DNA of 62,000 bases from Hyalangium minutum (GCF_000737315.1 NZ_JMCB01000001.1:144001-206000); one strand, 5' to 3'. Shown: positions 10,801-20,607, numbered from the stretch's first letter. Notes: generated by a model from the sequence alone, not told the origin. Numbers and translations are program-made.

Positions 10801-11880
10801 ATGGACTTCAGCGTCTACTTCTTCTCAGCCAACGATCAGGCCGACTTCGGCGAGCGCTACCGCTTCATCCTCGAGGTGGCGAAGTACATCGACCAAAACG
10901 GCTTCAAGGCCATCTGGACGCCCGAGCGCCACTTCCAGGAGTTCGGGGGCAGCTTCCCCAACGCCTCGGTGCTCAGCGCCGCGCTGGCGGTGCTCACCCA
11001 GAACATCGAGCTGCGCGCGGGCAGCGTGGTGGCCCCCCACCACCACCCGGCCCGTATCGCCGAGGAGTGGGCCCTGGTGGATCAGCTCTCCAACGGCCGG
11101 GTGGCGCTCTGCCTCGCCACGGGTTGGCACCGCGGGGACTTCATCTTCTACCCGGAGAACTACGCGGGCCGCCGCGAGCTCACCTTCCGCCTGGTGCAGA
11201 CGCTGCGAGATCTCTGGGCCGGGCGCCCGGTGACCTTCAGCGGCGTCGAGGGCCAGGCCGTGGAGGTGCGCACCTTCCCGCGCCCCCGCCGCCAGGAGCT
11301 GCCGCTGTGGCTCGTCCACAGCACCAACCCCGAGACCTGGGCCAAGGCCGGAGAGCTTGGCCTCAATGTCCTCACCCTGCTGGACAACTGGGACCGGCTC
11401 ACCGCCAACATCGCGGCCTATCGCGACGCGCGCGCCAAACACGGCCATGATCCGAAGTCCGGCATCGTGACCCTGGGCGTCCACACGTACATCGGCGATG
11501 ACGACACCACGGTGCGCAAGCTCGTCGCAGAGCCCGTGAAGCAGTACCTGTCCACGTTCCTCACCCAGCGCAAGGCGGATGCCACCCTGCAGGGCGGCTC
11601 CAAGCAGCTCGATGCCAAGGAGCAGGACATGCTGGCAACGCTGGCCTACCAGGACATGTACGACAAGCGGTCGCTGCTGGGCACGATCCCCAAGTGCGCC
11701 GACATGGTGCGGCGGATGCAGGAGATCGGCGTCGACGAGGTCGCTTGCCTCGTGGACTTCGGCCTGGACTTCCAGACTGTCTTGGACGGGCTGCCGCGCA
11801 TCAACGAGCTGCGCGCTATGTTCCAGCCAGCCGCCTCGAACGCCAGCGCCAGCGGCATGGCCTGGTACTACAACCGGTGA
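10801..11880 (+). CDS. Luciferase-like (LLM) FMN-dependent monooxygenase, MupA/Atu3671 type
   Basis: Motifs AIWTPERHFQEFGGSFPN, ELRAGSVVAPHHHPARIAEEWALVDQLSNGRV and IGVDEVACLVDFG; lies directly after the PKS. Confidence 0.92.
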   Translation: MDFSVYFFSANDQADFGERYRFILEVAKYIDQNGFKAIWTPERHFQEFGGSFPNASVLSAALAVLTQNIELRAGSVVAPHHHPARIAEEWALVDQLSNGRVALCLATGWHRGDFIFYPENYAGRRELTFRLVQTLRDLWAGRPVTFSGVEGQAVEVRTFPRPRRQELPLWLVHSTNPETWAKAGELGLNVLTLLDNWDRLTANIAAYRDARAKHGHDPKSGIVTLGVHTYIGDDDTTVRKLVAEPVKQYLSTFLTQRKADATLQGGSKQLDAKEQDMLATLAYQDMYDKRSLLGTIPKCADMVRRMQEIGVDEVACLVDFGLDFQTVLDGLPRINELRAMFQPAASNASASGMAWYYNR

Positions 11881-11926
11881 ATCGAGTCCTCTTGGCCCAC
11901 CTCGGGCCCGAAGGCAGGAGAAGCAC

Positions 11927-14203
11927 TTGAGTCTCATCTTCGTCTTCCCAGGGCAGGGCTCTCAGCGCGTGGGCATGGGGGCGGATCTCTTCCCGGCCTT
12001 CCCCGAGCTGGTGGACAAGGCCAGCAACCTCCTTGGCTACTCGGTGCGCCAGCTGTGTCTGGAGGATCCGCAGGAGCGGCTGAACCAGACGCAGTTCACC
12101 CAGCCCGCGCTCTACGTGGTGAACGCGCTGAGCTACCTGGCGAAGGTGGAGCAGCTGCGGCGGAAGCCGGACTTCGTGGCCGGCCACAGCCTGGGCGAGT
12201 ACGACGCGCTCTTCGCCTCGGGGGTGGTGGACTTCGAGACAGGGCTGCGGCTCGTCCAGCGCCGGGGCGAGCTGATGGCCCGTGCCACCGGAGGAGGCAT
12301 GTGCGCCGTCGTCGGCCTGCCGCTGGAGGGGCTACAGGAGGTGCTCGCACGGGCCCCTGCGGTGGATGTCGCCAACCTCAACACCCCGCAGCAGACGGTC
12401 CTCGCTGGCCCCACCGCGGACCTGGAGGCCCTGCGCCAGCCGCTGCTCGACGCGGGCGCCCGCTCGGTGGTGCCGCTCAAGGTGAGCGCGCCCTTCCACT
12501 CGCGCTACATGGAGCCCGCGCGCCGCGAGTTCGCGGCCTTCCTTGAGGGCTTCCGCTTCGCGCCCCCGCGCCTCCCCGTCATCGCCAACGTGGACGCCCA
12601 GCCCTACACCGCTGCCAACACCCGCGACAACCTCGCTCGGCAGATCTCCAGCCCCGTCCGCTGGGTGGAGACGGTGCGCTACCTGATGCAGACCTCGGAG
12701 CGCCCCACCTTCGAGGAGGTGGGCCCAGGCACCGTGCTGGCGGGGCTCCTCAAGAAGATCCAGGCGGAGCTGCCCGCGCAGCCAGCGCCGCCAGCCGCCG
12801 CCAGCGCCCCGGCACGACAGGCTCCATCCTCCGCCTCGCCCTCGACAGGCCGGATCACCGCCGAGTCCCTGGGCAGCGCCGAGTTCCGGCGTGACCACGG
12901 CGTGCGCTACGCCTACGTGGCCGGCGCCATGTACAAGGGCATCGCCTCCGAGGCGCTCGTCATCCGCATGGGCAAGGCGGGCCTGCTCAGCTTCCTGGGC
13001 TCGGGCGGGCTGAAGCTGCAGCGCCTGGAGGAGGCCATCCGGAAGATCCAGGCGGAGCTGCCGCGAGGAGCTCCCTACGGGATGAACCTGCTGGCCAACC
13101 TGGAGCAGCCGGAGCAAGAGGACGCGGTGGTGGATCTGTTTCTCCGCTACGGCGTCACCCGCGTGGAGGCCGCGGCCTACATGCAGATCACCCCCAGCGT
13201 GGTGCGCTACCGCTGCCAGGGCCTGCGCCGCGCTCCGGACGGCTCCATCGTCGCGGAGAACAAGGTGCTCGCCAAGGTCTCCCGCCCGGAGGTGGCCGAG
13301 GCCTTCCTCAGCCCCGCTCCTGAGCGGCTCCTGAAGAAGCTGGTGGAGACGGGCCGGATCACCGCCGAGCAGGCGGCCTTGGCGCGGGACTTCCCCATGT
13401 GCGACGACCTGTGCGCGGAGGCGGACTCAGGCGGGCATACGGATCAGGGCGTGGCCTTTACGATGGTGCCCGCCATGCTGCTGCTGCGAGACGAGGTGTC
13501 GCGCCGCCACGGCTACCGGAAGCGGATCCGCGTGGGCGCCGCAGGCGGGATTGGCACGCCGCACGCGGCCGCCGCGGCCTTCATCCTGGGGGCCGACTTC
13601 GTGCTCTCCGGCAGCATCAACCAGTGCACGGTGGAGGCTGGCACCAGCGACATCGTCCGCGACATGCTCCAGCAGGCGGACATCCAGGACACGGAGATGG
13701 CGCCCGCGGGCGACATGTTCGAGCTGGGCGCCAAGGTGCAGGTCTTCAGCAAGGGCCTCTTCTTCGCGGCCCGGGCCAACAAGCTCTATGAGCTGTACCG
13801 CCGCTACAACTCCCTGGAGGAGATCGACGAGAAGACGCGCGAGCAGATCCAGACGCGCTACTTCAAGCGCAGCTTCGACGAGGTGTGGCGCGAGACGCGG
13901 GACTACTACCAGCGCGTGCACCCACACGCGCTCGAGAAGGCGGAGAAGAGCCCCAAGCACCGCATGGCGCTCATCTTCAAGTGGTACTTCGTCCACTCCA
14001 CCCGGCTGGCCACCCGAGGCGTGGCGGATCAGAAGGTCGACTTCCAGATCCAGTGCGGCCCGGCCATGGGCGCCTTCAACCGCTACGTGAAGGGCACGCC
14101 GCTGGAGTCCTGGCGCAACCGCCACGTGGACACCGTGGCCGAGATGATGATGACGCACGCCGCGGAGCACCTGCAGCAGCGGTTCACGGCGCTGCAGGGG
14201 TAG
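11927..14203 (+). CDS. Trans-acting malonyl acyltransferase fused to a PfaD-type FMN enoyl reductase (AT-ER)
   Basis: TTG start at 11927 after AGGAG. AT motifs VFPGQGSQ, GHSLG and VSAPFHS. ER motifs YVAGAMYKGIAS, EADSGGHTD and DFQIQCGPAMGAFN. The listed start at 11579 is an artefact. Confidence 0.93.
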   Translation: MSLIFVFPGQGSQRVGMGADLFPAFPELVDKASNLLGYSVRQLCLEDPQERLNQTQFTQPALYVVNALSYLAKVEQLRRKPDFVAGHSLGEYDALFASGVVDFETGLRLVQRRGELMARATGGGMCAVVGLPLEGLQEVLARAPAVDVANLNTPQQTVLAGPTADLEALRQPLLDAGARSVVPLKVSAPFHSRYMEPARREFAAFLEGFRFAPPRLPVIANVDAQPYTAANTRDNLARQISSPVRWVETVRYLMQTSERPTFEEVGPGTVLAGLLKKIQAELPAQPAPPAAASAPARQAPSSASPSTGRITAESLGSAEFRRDHGVRYAYVAGAMYKGIASEALVIRMGKAGLLSFLGSGGLKLQRLEEAIRKIQAELPRGAPYGMNLLANLEQPEQEDAVVDLFLRYGVTRVEAAAYMQITPSVVRYRCQGLRRAPDGSIVAENKVLAKVSRPEVAEAFLSPAPERLLKKLVETGRITAEQAALARDFPMCDDLCAEADSGGHTDQGVAFTMVPAMLLLRDEVSRRHGYRKRIRVGAAGGIGTPHAAAAAFILGADFVLSGSINQCTVEAGTSDIVRDMLQQADIQDTEMAPAGDMFELGAKVQVFSKGLFFAARANKLYELYRRYNSLEEIDEKTREQIQTRYFKRSFDEVWRETRDYYQRVHPHALEKAEKSPKHRMALIFKWYFVHSTRLATRGVADQKVDFQIQCGPAMGAFNRYVKGTPLESWRNRHVDTVAEMMMTHAAEHLQQRFTALQG

Positions 14204-14209
14204 CCCCGC

Positions 14210-14989
14210 TCAGGGCACCAGGAAGGGGATGAGCTGCTCCGAGAGGCCCCGGAGCAGCGCCTCCCGGGCGCCGCCCTTCTCGTTGAGATAGAAGTGGCCG
14301 CCGGGGAACATCTGCCGGGAGAAGGCTGCCGCGGTGTGCTGGCGCCAGGCCTCCAGTTCCTCCGGACGCGCGCGTGCGTCCTCCACGCCACCCAAGGTGG
14401 AGATGGGGCAGTCGAGCGGCGCCTCCCGCACGTGCGTATAGCTCTCCAGCACCGCGAAGTCCCCCCGCAGGCTGGGCAGGTACAGCTGCAGCAGCTCCGG
14501 CTCCGCCAAGATGGCGCGCGGGAAGCCGTTGTAGCGCTGCACCATCTCGCGGATGAACTGCTCTTGCGGCAGCGCGTGGATTGGGGGATCGGCGTGCTGC
14601 AAGTGCGGCGCGTGGCGCCCCGAGACGAGCAGGTGTGCGGGCTGGCGTCCATGGTTGCGGCGCAGCTCACGGGCCGTCTCGAAGGCCACCAGCGCCCCCA
14701 TGCTGTGCCCGAAGAAGGCCAGGGGGCCCTCCACGTGCCGGGCCAGGAGGGGCGCCAGCGCCTGGACGATCGCCGTCATTGAGGTGAAGGGCGGCTCACG
14801 GATGCGCGACTCGCGCCCTGGCAGCCGCACGAGCACCACCTCTACCCCGGGGGGCAGCAGATCCGCCCACCCGTGGTACACGGTCGTCCCCGCCCCCGCG
14901 TACGAGAAGCAGACCAACCGCACCATTGCCCCGGGGTCTGGCCGCGGACGCACCAACCACCGCCCTACCCACTCACGTTCATCCACCAT
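14210..14989 (-). CDS. Type II (editing) thioesterase
   Basis: LVCFSYAGAG, FFGHSMGA, MFPGGHFYL. Confidence 0.93.
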   Translation of the reverse strand: MVDEREWVGRWLVRPRPDPGAMVRLVCFSYAGAGTTVYHGWADLLPPGVEVVLVRLPGRESRIREPPFTSMTAIVQALAPLLARHVEGPLAFFGHSMGALVAFETARELRRNHGRQPAHLLVSGRHAPHLQHADPPIHALPQEQFIREMVQRYNGFPRAILAEPELLQLYLPSLRGDFAVLESYTHVREAPLDCPISTLGGVEDARARPEELEAWRQHTAAAFSRQMFPGGHFYLNEKGGAREALLRGLSEQLIPFLVP

Positions 14990-15039
14990 CTGTTGCGTCT
15001 CGCGGAAAGAGCCCTGGCTCCAGGCGGGGGGAAGCGGAC

Positions 15040-16200
15040 CTAGAAGTTCGTGGTCCGCTCCAGGTTGCGCACATCGAAGATGCCCTGCGGCACGTCCGCG
15101 CCGAACTTGATGTCGGTCAGCACCAGCTCCGTCCGGCTGCCCTGCTTCAGCTTGTCCTCCAGGATGACGCGCTGGGGGTAGAAGCGATCACCGATCTTCA
15201 CGACATCCACCATCCGCATCACCTTCAGCAGCTTGCCCGTGTTGGCGTAGCGCTCCTCCTTCAGGGGCAACAGCGTCCGCTTGGAGATCCACTGCCGGAT
15301 CTCCGGGTAGGCGACGCCCTGGTTCTTGGCCTTCAGGTACACGACGTAGGCGTCCTCTCCGTCCACCTTCTCGGAAGGCTTCAGCTCGCCGTTGTAGCTG
15401 TCGAGCACCTTCTTGTTCTCCGCCATATCCTCATAGGAGAAGTCCGAGCCCATCATCGACTGGCGGAGCATGTGCCCCGACAGCTTCACCGTCTTCTCTG
15501 TCCGCGGGAAGTACGTCCACAGCTGCCCTTGCAGCTTGAGGAAGCGGCTCCCCTTATCCCGATCCGGCTTCAGGAAGATGATGAAGGAGTCCGTCTGGCC
15601 GCGGGAGAAGAGCTTCAGCTCCTTCTCGCGCGTCTCGCTCGGCGTCACGATGATCATCTTCGCGGTCGCCGAGCGCGTCTCGAAGGTCAGTTGCCCGTCC
15701 ATACGCCGGAGGATCTCCTCCACCGAGGTCAACTCTTCGACGAGCGCGGCGGTCCCCTGTGCAGCCAGCGCAGTCCCCTGGGGTGCAGCCGGGGGGGGGC
15801 CCTGCACGGCCGGAACGGGGGCCTGTGCAACAGCCGGAGCGGGGGGCTGTGCGGCCGGCGGCTGTGCGGCAGCCGGAGCGGGGGGCTGTGCGGCCGGCGG
15901 CTGTGCAGCCGGGGCGGGGGCCTGTGCAACCGGGGGAGTGCCTGCGGAGGTCTTGGCAGGAGTCTGCGCAGTCTTGGCAGGCGCAGCCGGAGCTTTGGCA
16001 GGAGTCTGCGCGGTCTTGGCAGGCGCAGCCGGAGCCTTGGCAGGCACAGCCGGAGCCTTGGCAGGCGCGGCCGGAGCCTGGGCTTGCTCGGCCGCCTGGA
16101 TCGGGGTGCCCCCCAGCAGGAAGGTCAGCCCCAGCAGCGCCGCCGTGAGGGTCCGTACGCCCTTGCGTGAAGCGTTCTCGCTGTTCGTTATGTTCGACAT
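15040..16200 (-). CDS. LolA-like outer-membrane lipoprotein-sorting family protein with a long Pro/Ala/Gln N-terminal arm
   Basis: ATG at 16200 after GAGG. Signal peptide, then PAAP repeats, then FLKPDRDKGSRFLK and MMGSDFSYED, which are typical of this family. Confidence 0.85.
   Translation of the reverse strand: MSNITNSENASRKGVRTLTAALLGLTFLLGGTPIQAAEQAQAPAAPAKAPAVPAKAPAAPAKTAQTPAKAPAAPAKTAQTPAKTSAGTPPVAQAPAPAAQPPAAQPPAPAAAQPPAAQPPAPAVAQAPVPAVQGPPPAAPQGTALAAQGTAALVEELTSVEEILRRMDGQLTFETRSATAKMIIVTPSETREKELKLFSRGQTDSFIIFLKPDRDKGSRFLKLQGQLWTYFPRTEKTVKLSGHMLRQSMMGSDFSYEDMAENKKVLDSYNGELKPSEKVDGEDAYVVYLKAKNQGVAYPEIRQWISKRTLLPLKEERYANTGKLLKVMRMVDVVKIGDRFYPQRVILEDKLKQGSRTELVLTDIKFGADVPQGIFDVRNLERTTNF
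15955..16080. repeat. Six imperfect 21-bp tandem repeats (AKAPAAP / AKTAQTP heptads)
   Basis: GGCAGG-N15 units read directly from the sequence. An adjacent ~39-bp duplication lies at 15831-15905 (AAQPPAAQPPAPA). Confidence 0.9.
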
Positions 16201-16247
16201 GATCCACCTCGACGCGGCACCGTGGCCGCGATTCAAAAGTCGGCTGA

Positions 16248-17471
16248 CTAGCCCTTCACCATCGCATCCTGAGGCGTCATCGACAGCGTCTTGAGCACGG
16301 GGAGAATCATGCCCAGGATGCCCAGCAGCACGCCCATGACGACCGCCGTCACCACGGCGCCCACGGTGAAGTCTCCCCGCAACACCGAGACGGCCAGGGC
16401 AACCCCCTGCACCTTGTCCGAGGACACGGTGAGCCCCACCGTCTGCAGGTACCACCCGAGTGGAATGGCGAACACCAGCCCCGCCATGCTGCCCAGGAAC
16501 CCGTACAGCGCCGCCTCGTAGAGGAACGAGGTGACAATGCCCCGGCGAGACATCCCCAGCGCCATCAACACCCCCACCTCCTTGCGGCGCTCCAGCACGG
16601 ACACCATCATCATGTTCAAGATGCCCAAGCCGGCCACGAAGCAGACGATGAAGGAGACACCCTGCCGGATGCCCTGCAGCATTTGGTAGATGCTCAGCAG
16701 GAACGGATCGTCCTGCCACGTCCGGATCGCTGTGCTCTCCCCCAGAATCCCACTGGCGCGGATGCGCTCCGCCAGCGGCCCCGCCTGATCGTACCGGGTG
16801 CCATACAGAACGATCTTCGTAGCGCCATCTTCCATGCCCAGAAACTCCTGTGCCGCTTGGACGGGCATGTAGAGCGCTCTATTCGCGGCCGCGTTGCCAA
16901 GGTCGAAGATCCCCGCCAGCTGGAAGTCATCCGCGGTGAAGCTGTCGTATGCGTCCTTACCCAGGAGGGTTACCTTGTCGCCGAGCTTGAGGCCTAGCTC
17001 GTCCACCAAGGTCTTGCCCAGCAAGATGGCCTTCTGCCCCGGCTGGAGGTAGCTGCCCGCGACGATGTTGTGGGGCAGGCCCGAGCGCTGGCCGAACACC
17101 TCCACGTCCACGCCCGTGGCGCGCACGGACTTGTTCTTCTGGCCACTCTCCACCAGCACGCCAAAGTCGATGCGCGGAGCGGCCGCTTCCACGCCCTCCA
17201 CCTTGAGCAGCTGCTGCTTCAGCTCGGAGGTGCCGGGCACAAAGTACTTGAGGGGATTGAACCGGCTCTTGGCGAAGTAGTCCTTCTGGGCCACCACCAG
17301 CTCCCCGGACTCGCCTACCATCTCCAGAAAGATCTGCTTCTCCACCCCGCCTGCCAGGGTGATGCCTCCCACGATGAAGGTGACGGCGAGGGCGATGGCC
17401 GCCAGCGCCAGCGCGGCACGGGTCCGCTGGCGGAAGATGTTCTTGAAACCCAATCGAAGCAGATAGAGCAC
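16248..17471 (-). CDS. ABC transporter permease (FtsX/MacB/LolC-E type)
   Basis: GTG start at 17471 after GAGGA. FKNIFRQRTRAAL, SVLERRKEVGVLMALGM and TM helices. The ORF-track N-terminal extension is spurious. Confidence 0.92.
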   Translation of the reverse strand: MLYLLRLGFKNIFRQRTRAALALAAIALAVTFIVGGITLAGGVEKQIFLEMVGESGELVVAQKDYFAKSRFNPLKYFVPGTSELKQQLLKVEGVEAAAPRIDFGVLVESGQKNKSVRATGVDVEVFGQRSGLPHNIVAGSYLQPGQKAILLGKTLVDELGLKLGDKVTLLGKDAYDSFTADDFQLAGIFDLGNAAANRALYMPVQAAQEFLGMEDGATKIVLYGTRYDQAGPLAERIRASGILGESTAIRTWQDDPFLLSIYQMLQGIRQGVSFIVCFVAGLGILNMMMVSVLERRKEVGVLMALGMSRRGIVTSFLYEAALYGFLGSMAGLVFAIPLGWYLQTVGLTVSSDKVQGVALAVSVLRGDFTVGAVVTAVVMGVLLGILGMILPVLKTLSMTPQDAMVKG

Positions 17472-17515
17472 GGAAGGTTCCTCTCTCAGGGACGAAGACG
17501 GGCACCCCACCTGGG

Positions 17516-18733
17516 TCAGCGCTTCATCGCCTCCATGGGGCTGAGCCGCGAGAACTTGATGGCCGGGTACAGCGCCGCGAGCGCGGCGACGATGAGGCCG
17601 GTCGCGAAGGCGGAGGCCACCCGGGAGAACGACAAGTCCACGTAGAGCATGGTGCTCATCGACACGCTGAAGTTGCTGGAGGCCGCCATCTGGGAGATGT
17701 CGACGCCTTTGCTCATGCCCTGGATGACAGCGCAGCCCAGCAGCGAGCCCCCCAGCGCGCCCATCAGGCCGATCACCGCCGCCTCCACCATCAGCATCGC
17801 GGCCACGCGCTCGGTCTGCAGGCCCAGCGCGCGGTAGGTGCCGATCTCCCGGAGCCGCTCGAAGGCGCTCATCACCAAGGTGTTGGCGATGCTGCTGGCC
17901 GCCACCAGCATGATCACCAGCACGAGCGCGTCGAGCGACTGGCGCTTGCTCTGGTTGACGCCGAGCACCGGGGCAGCACGCTCCTTCCACGTCTGCATGA
18001 CGAGCCCCTGGCCTCCCAGCAGCGCCGCATGGCGCGCCTGCAGGTCCATGGCCATGGCGTCGCGGGGCAGCAGGCCCACCACCTCGGAGACGGCGTCCTG
18101 CGCGTCCATCAACTGCTGGGCCTTCTTCAACGGGAGGAAGAAGGTGGAGGTGTCCACGGCGGCATTGGAGCTTCGGATGATGCCAGCCACCACGAACTCC
18201 TCCGCCGTATAGGCCCCGAACCGGGTGCGCGCCAGCAGCGTCGCGGAGGAGCCGGGCTCCAGCTTGAGTGCCTCGGCCAGCCCTGCGCCCACCCACACAG
18301 GCGTCTGCTCCGGCGGCACCGGCGCCGAGCGGATGACGGGGAGTTCGAACGCGGCCAGGTAGGTCTCCGGCTCGATGCCCACTGCCCGGGCGTGCAGCCC
18401 GTCCGTGCCGTTGCTCAGCTCCGCCGGGAAGGACAGGCGCGGATGGAGCTGAACGCCCGAGGTCTCTCCCAGCGGCGCCTTCACCTTCTCCCACCCCTCC
18501 ACCAGGGGCCCCTGCTCGTTCTCTTCCTCCGCCTCCAGATAGCCCTTGGACATGATCCGGAAGTGCCCCGTGTCCGAGCGGATCTGCCCGCGGATGACGG
18601 AGCTGTCCAGCGCGTCCACGAAGGACAACCCGAGGAGCATCATGAACACGCCCACGAAGACGGACACTGCCGTCAGAAGCGAGCGGCGGGCCTTGCGGAA
18701 CGTGTTCTTCAGCGCGATTCGCAGGAGGAACAT
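17516..18733 (-). CDS. ABC transporter permease (FtsX/LolC-E type)
   Basis: LKNTFRKARRSLLT, SAFERLREIGTYRALG, C-terminal LSPMEAMK. Confidence 0.93.
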   Translation of the reverse strand: MFLLRIALKNTFRKARRSLLTAVSVFVGVFMMLLGLSFVDALDSSVIRGQIRSDTGHFRIMSKGYLEAEEENEQGPLVEGWEKVKAPLGETSGVQLHPRLSFPAELSNGTDGLHARAVGIEPETYLAAFELPVIRSAPVPPEQTPVWVGAGLAEALKLEPGSSATLLARTRFGAYTAEEFVVAGIIRSSNAAVDTSTFFLPLKKAQQLMDAQDAVSEVVGLLPRDAMAMDLQARHAALLGGQGLVMQTWKERAAPVLGVNQSKRQSLDALVLVIMLVAASSIANTLVMSAFERLREIGTYRALGLQTERVAAMLMVEAAVIGLMGALGGSLLGCAVIQGMSKGVDISQMAASSNFSVSMSTMLYVDLSFSRVASAFATGLIVAALAALYPAIKFSRLSPMEAMKR

Positions 18734-19488
18734 TACCCACGCTCCTCGATGCCGATGACCTTGCCGTCGCGCAGCCTCACCAGCCGGGTGGCGTACTCCA
18801 TCACCAGCGGATCATGGGACGAGAAGATGAAGGTGGTGCCGAAGGAGGCGTTCAGCTCCTTCATCAGGCCGAGAATCTCGCGAGCGGTGTGGCTGTCCAG
18901 GTTGGCCGTGGGCTCGTCGGCCAGCAGCACCGCGGGCTTCTTCACCAGCGCCCGGGCAATGGCCACGCGCTGCTGCTGCCCGCCCGACAGCTGCCGCGGG
19001 AGCCGGTGCGCCAGGTGCTTGAGCCCTACCCGCTCCAGCACCGGGTCGACGAGCTCCGCGATCTGCGTCCGCGACAGGCCGCCTTTGATCTGCAGGGGCA
19101 GCTGCACGTTCTCATGCACGGTCAGCACCGGGATGAGGTTGAACTCCTGGAAGATGAAGCCAATGCGCTCCTTGCGGAACTCCGTCATCTGCCGGGCATT
19201 GAGCGTGCTGAGATCCACTCCATCCACGATGACCTTGCCGGACGAGGGCGCGTCGATGGCGCCAATCAGGTTCAGGCACGTGGACTTGCCCGAGCCGGAC
19301 GGGCCGGTCAGCGCCAGGAAGGCCCCCTTGGGGATCACCAGATCGACTCCGTCCACCGCCTTCACCATCGCCTCCCCAGAGCCGTAGGAGCGCGTGGTCT
19401 GCTGGAGCTGCACGATGGCCGACTGGCTCATGGGAGCCGAAGTGGCACCGGCCGGGACATTCACCTGGGACGTGACATTCTGACTCAT
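18733..19488 (-). CDS. ABC transporter ATP-binding protein (LolD-like)
   Basis: Walker A GPSGSGKST, signature LSGGQQQR, LLADEPT, SSHD. Confidence 0.96.
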   Translation of the reverse strand: MSQNVTSQVNVPAGATSAPMSQSAIVQLQQTTRSYGSGEAMVKAVDGVDLVIPKGAFLALTGPSGSGKSTCLNLIGAIDAPSSGKVIVDGVDLSTLNARQMTEFRKERIGFIFQEFNLIPVLTVHENVQLPLQIKGGLSRTQIAELVDPVLERVGLKHLAHRLPRQLSGGQQQRVAIARALVKKPAVLLADEPTANLDSHTAREILGLMKELNASFGTTFIFSSHDPLVMEYATRLVRLRDGKVIGIEERG

Positions 19489-19509
19489 GTGTGCGTTGAC
19501 TCCTGAGGG

Positions 19510-20607
19510 CTAGAACCGCCAGTCGACATAGAGCTCGACCGTGCGTGTCGACAGCGCGCTGCCCAACGGGTGCCCTTCGCCGGGCTTGAACTCGCCCGGC
19601 CCCTGAAGGCCTCCCATCAGCAGTCCCCGGAGTGACACCTCCAGGTTGTCGAAGAAGTACCGGCCCACCCCCAACGACACGAGCCCAGTGCGGTCCTCGA
19701 GGTTGCCGATGAATGCCAGCGAGACGTAGGTCACCTCGTCGGTGGAGAGGTTGCCTGTCAGCGACACGTACTGGCGCCCCAGAAAGCTGCGCCGGCCCGC
19801 GGCGAGGGCCTCGTAGTCATAGTCGGACAGGCCGGCGCCGCCGGAGCTGTCCCGGTAGTACTGCGCGGAGAACGTCAGGCTTTGGAGGACGGGGAAGGAG
19901 TAGTCGGCCCCCACCACCACCCGGTAGGAGACCTTGCCTTCCTGGGGCAGGTGGACCGCCCCCTCCAACCAATAGCCCACCTCCAGGTCGCCCTTGATGT
20001 CCACGCCGAGCACCTGCTCGTCCCGGCGCCGATCATCCACGGCCACCACCGCCATGCCCGTCCCCCCCAACAGCCACTCGGCTCGCAGCAGGGACAGGGC
20101 CTTGTTCTGAGGAAAGGCCACGGCGCCAATCACCCGCGCGGTGGGGGACAGCGAGATGGAGGCGCGGGCAGTGTCCACGCCGCGCTTCTGCACCGCGAAG
20201 TTCAACGGGGTGTTGAGATCCACCAGATCGATGGGGTTCCAGATCATCGCGGACCCCATGTTGATGGCTTGCCGGCCGATGCGCAGATCCCACTTCTCGA
20301 AGTGGTAGTCGATATAGGCCCGGTCCACCAGCAGCACCTCGGCGTTGCCGGCCCGGCCCGCCGCCCCCAGCAGCCGCTGAGCGTTGAGCGTCACCACAGC
20401 GGCCATGTCCTCGCTCACGTTCACCGTGAACTCGGGGCGGATGTTGAGCTCGTAGCTGTAGTTGTCCTTGTCCAGCGGGCTGAAGACGTACAGCCGGTTG
20501 CGGACGCTGCCGCCGACGGAGGCAGACACCTCCGCCCGAGCCGCCGTTCCCAACAGCAGGAACAGCAGCCCGCTCCACACGACACCGCTCCCCTTCAACA
20601 TATCCAC
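19510..20607 (-). CDS. Putative outer-membrane beta-barrel protein of the export cassette
   Basis: Signal peptide, alternating beta-strand pattern, RIGRQAINMGS..WNPIDL motif, C-terminal aromatic strand YVDWRF. Start may be ATG 20601. Confidence 0.72.
   Translation of the reverse strand: MDMLKGSGVVWSGLLFLLLGTAARAEVSASVGGSVRNRLYVFSPLDKDNYSYELNIRPEFTVNVSEDMAAVVTLNAQRLLGAAGRAGNAEVLLVDRAYIDYHFEKWDLRIGRQAINMGSAMIWNPIDLVDLNTPLNFAVQKRGVDTARASISLSPTARVIGAVAFPQNKALSLLRAEWLLGGTGMAVVAVDDRRRDEQVLGVDIKGDLEVGYWLEGAVHLPQEGKVSYRVVVGADYSFPVLQSLTFSAQYYRDSSGGAGLSDYDYEALAAGRRSFLGRQYVSLTGNLSTDEVTYVSLAFIGNLEDRTGLVSLGVGRYFFDNLEVSLRGLLMGGLQGPGEFKPGEGHPLGSALSTRTVELYVDWRF

Noticed and set aside
15955-16080. Regularly spaced repeats considered as a CRISPR array
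   Set aside because: Units are contiguous, in frame and have no unique spacers; there are no cas genes.
16248-18740. Apparent 830-aa permease, and other extended ORFs (11579, 16719, 21578, 31188, 35590, 58855 starts)
   Set aside because: The extensions overlap neighbouring genes in another frame; downstream starts with a good RBS or ATGA coupling were chosen instead.
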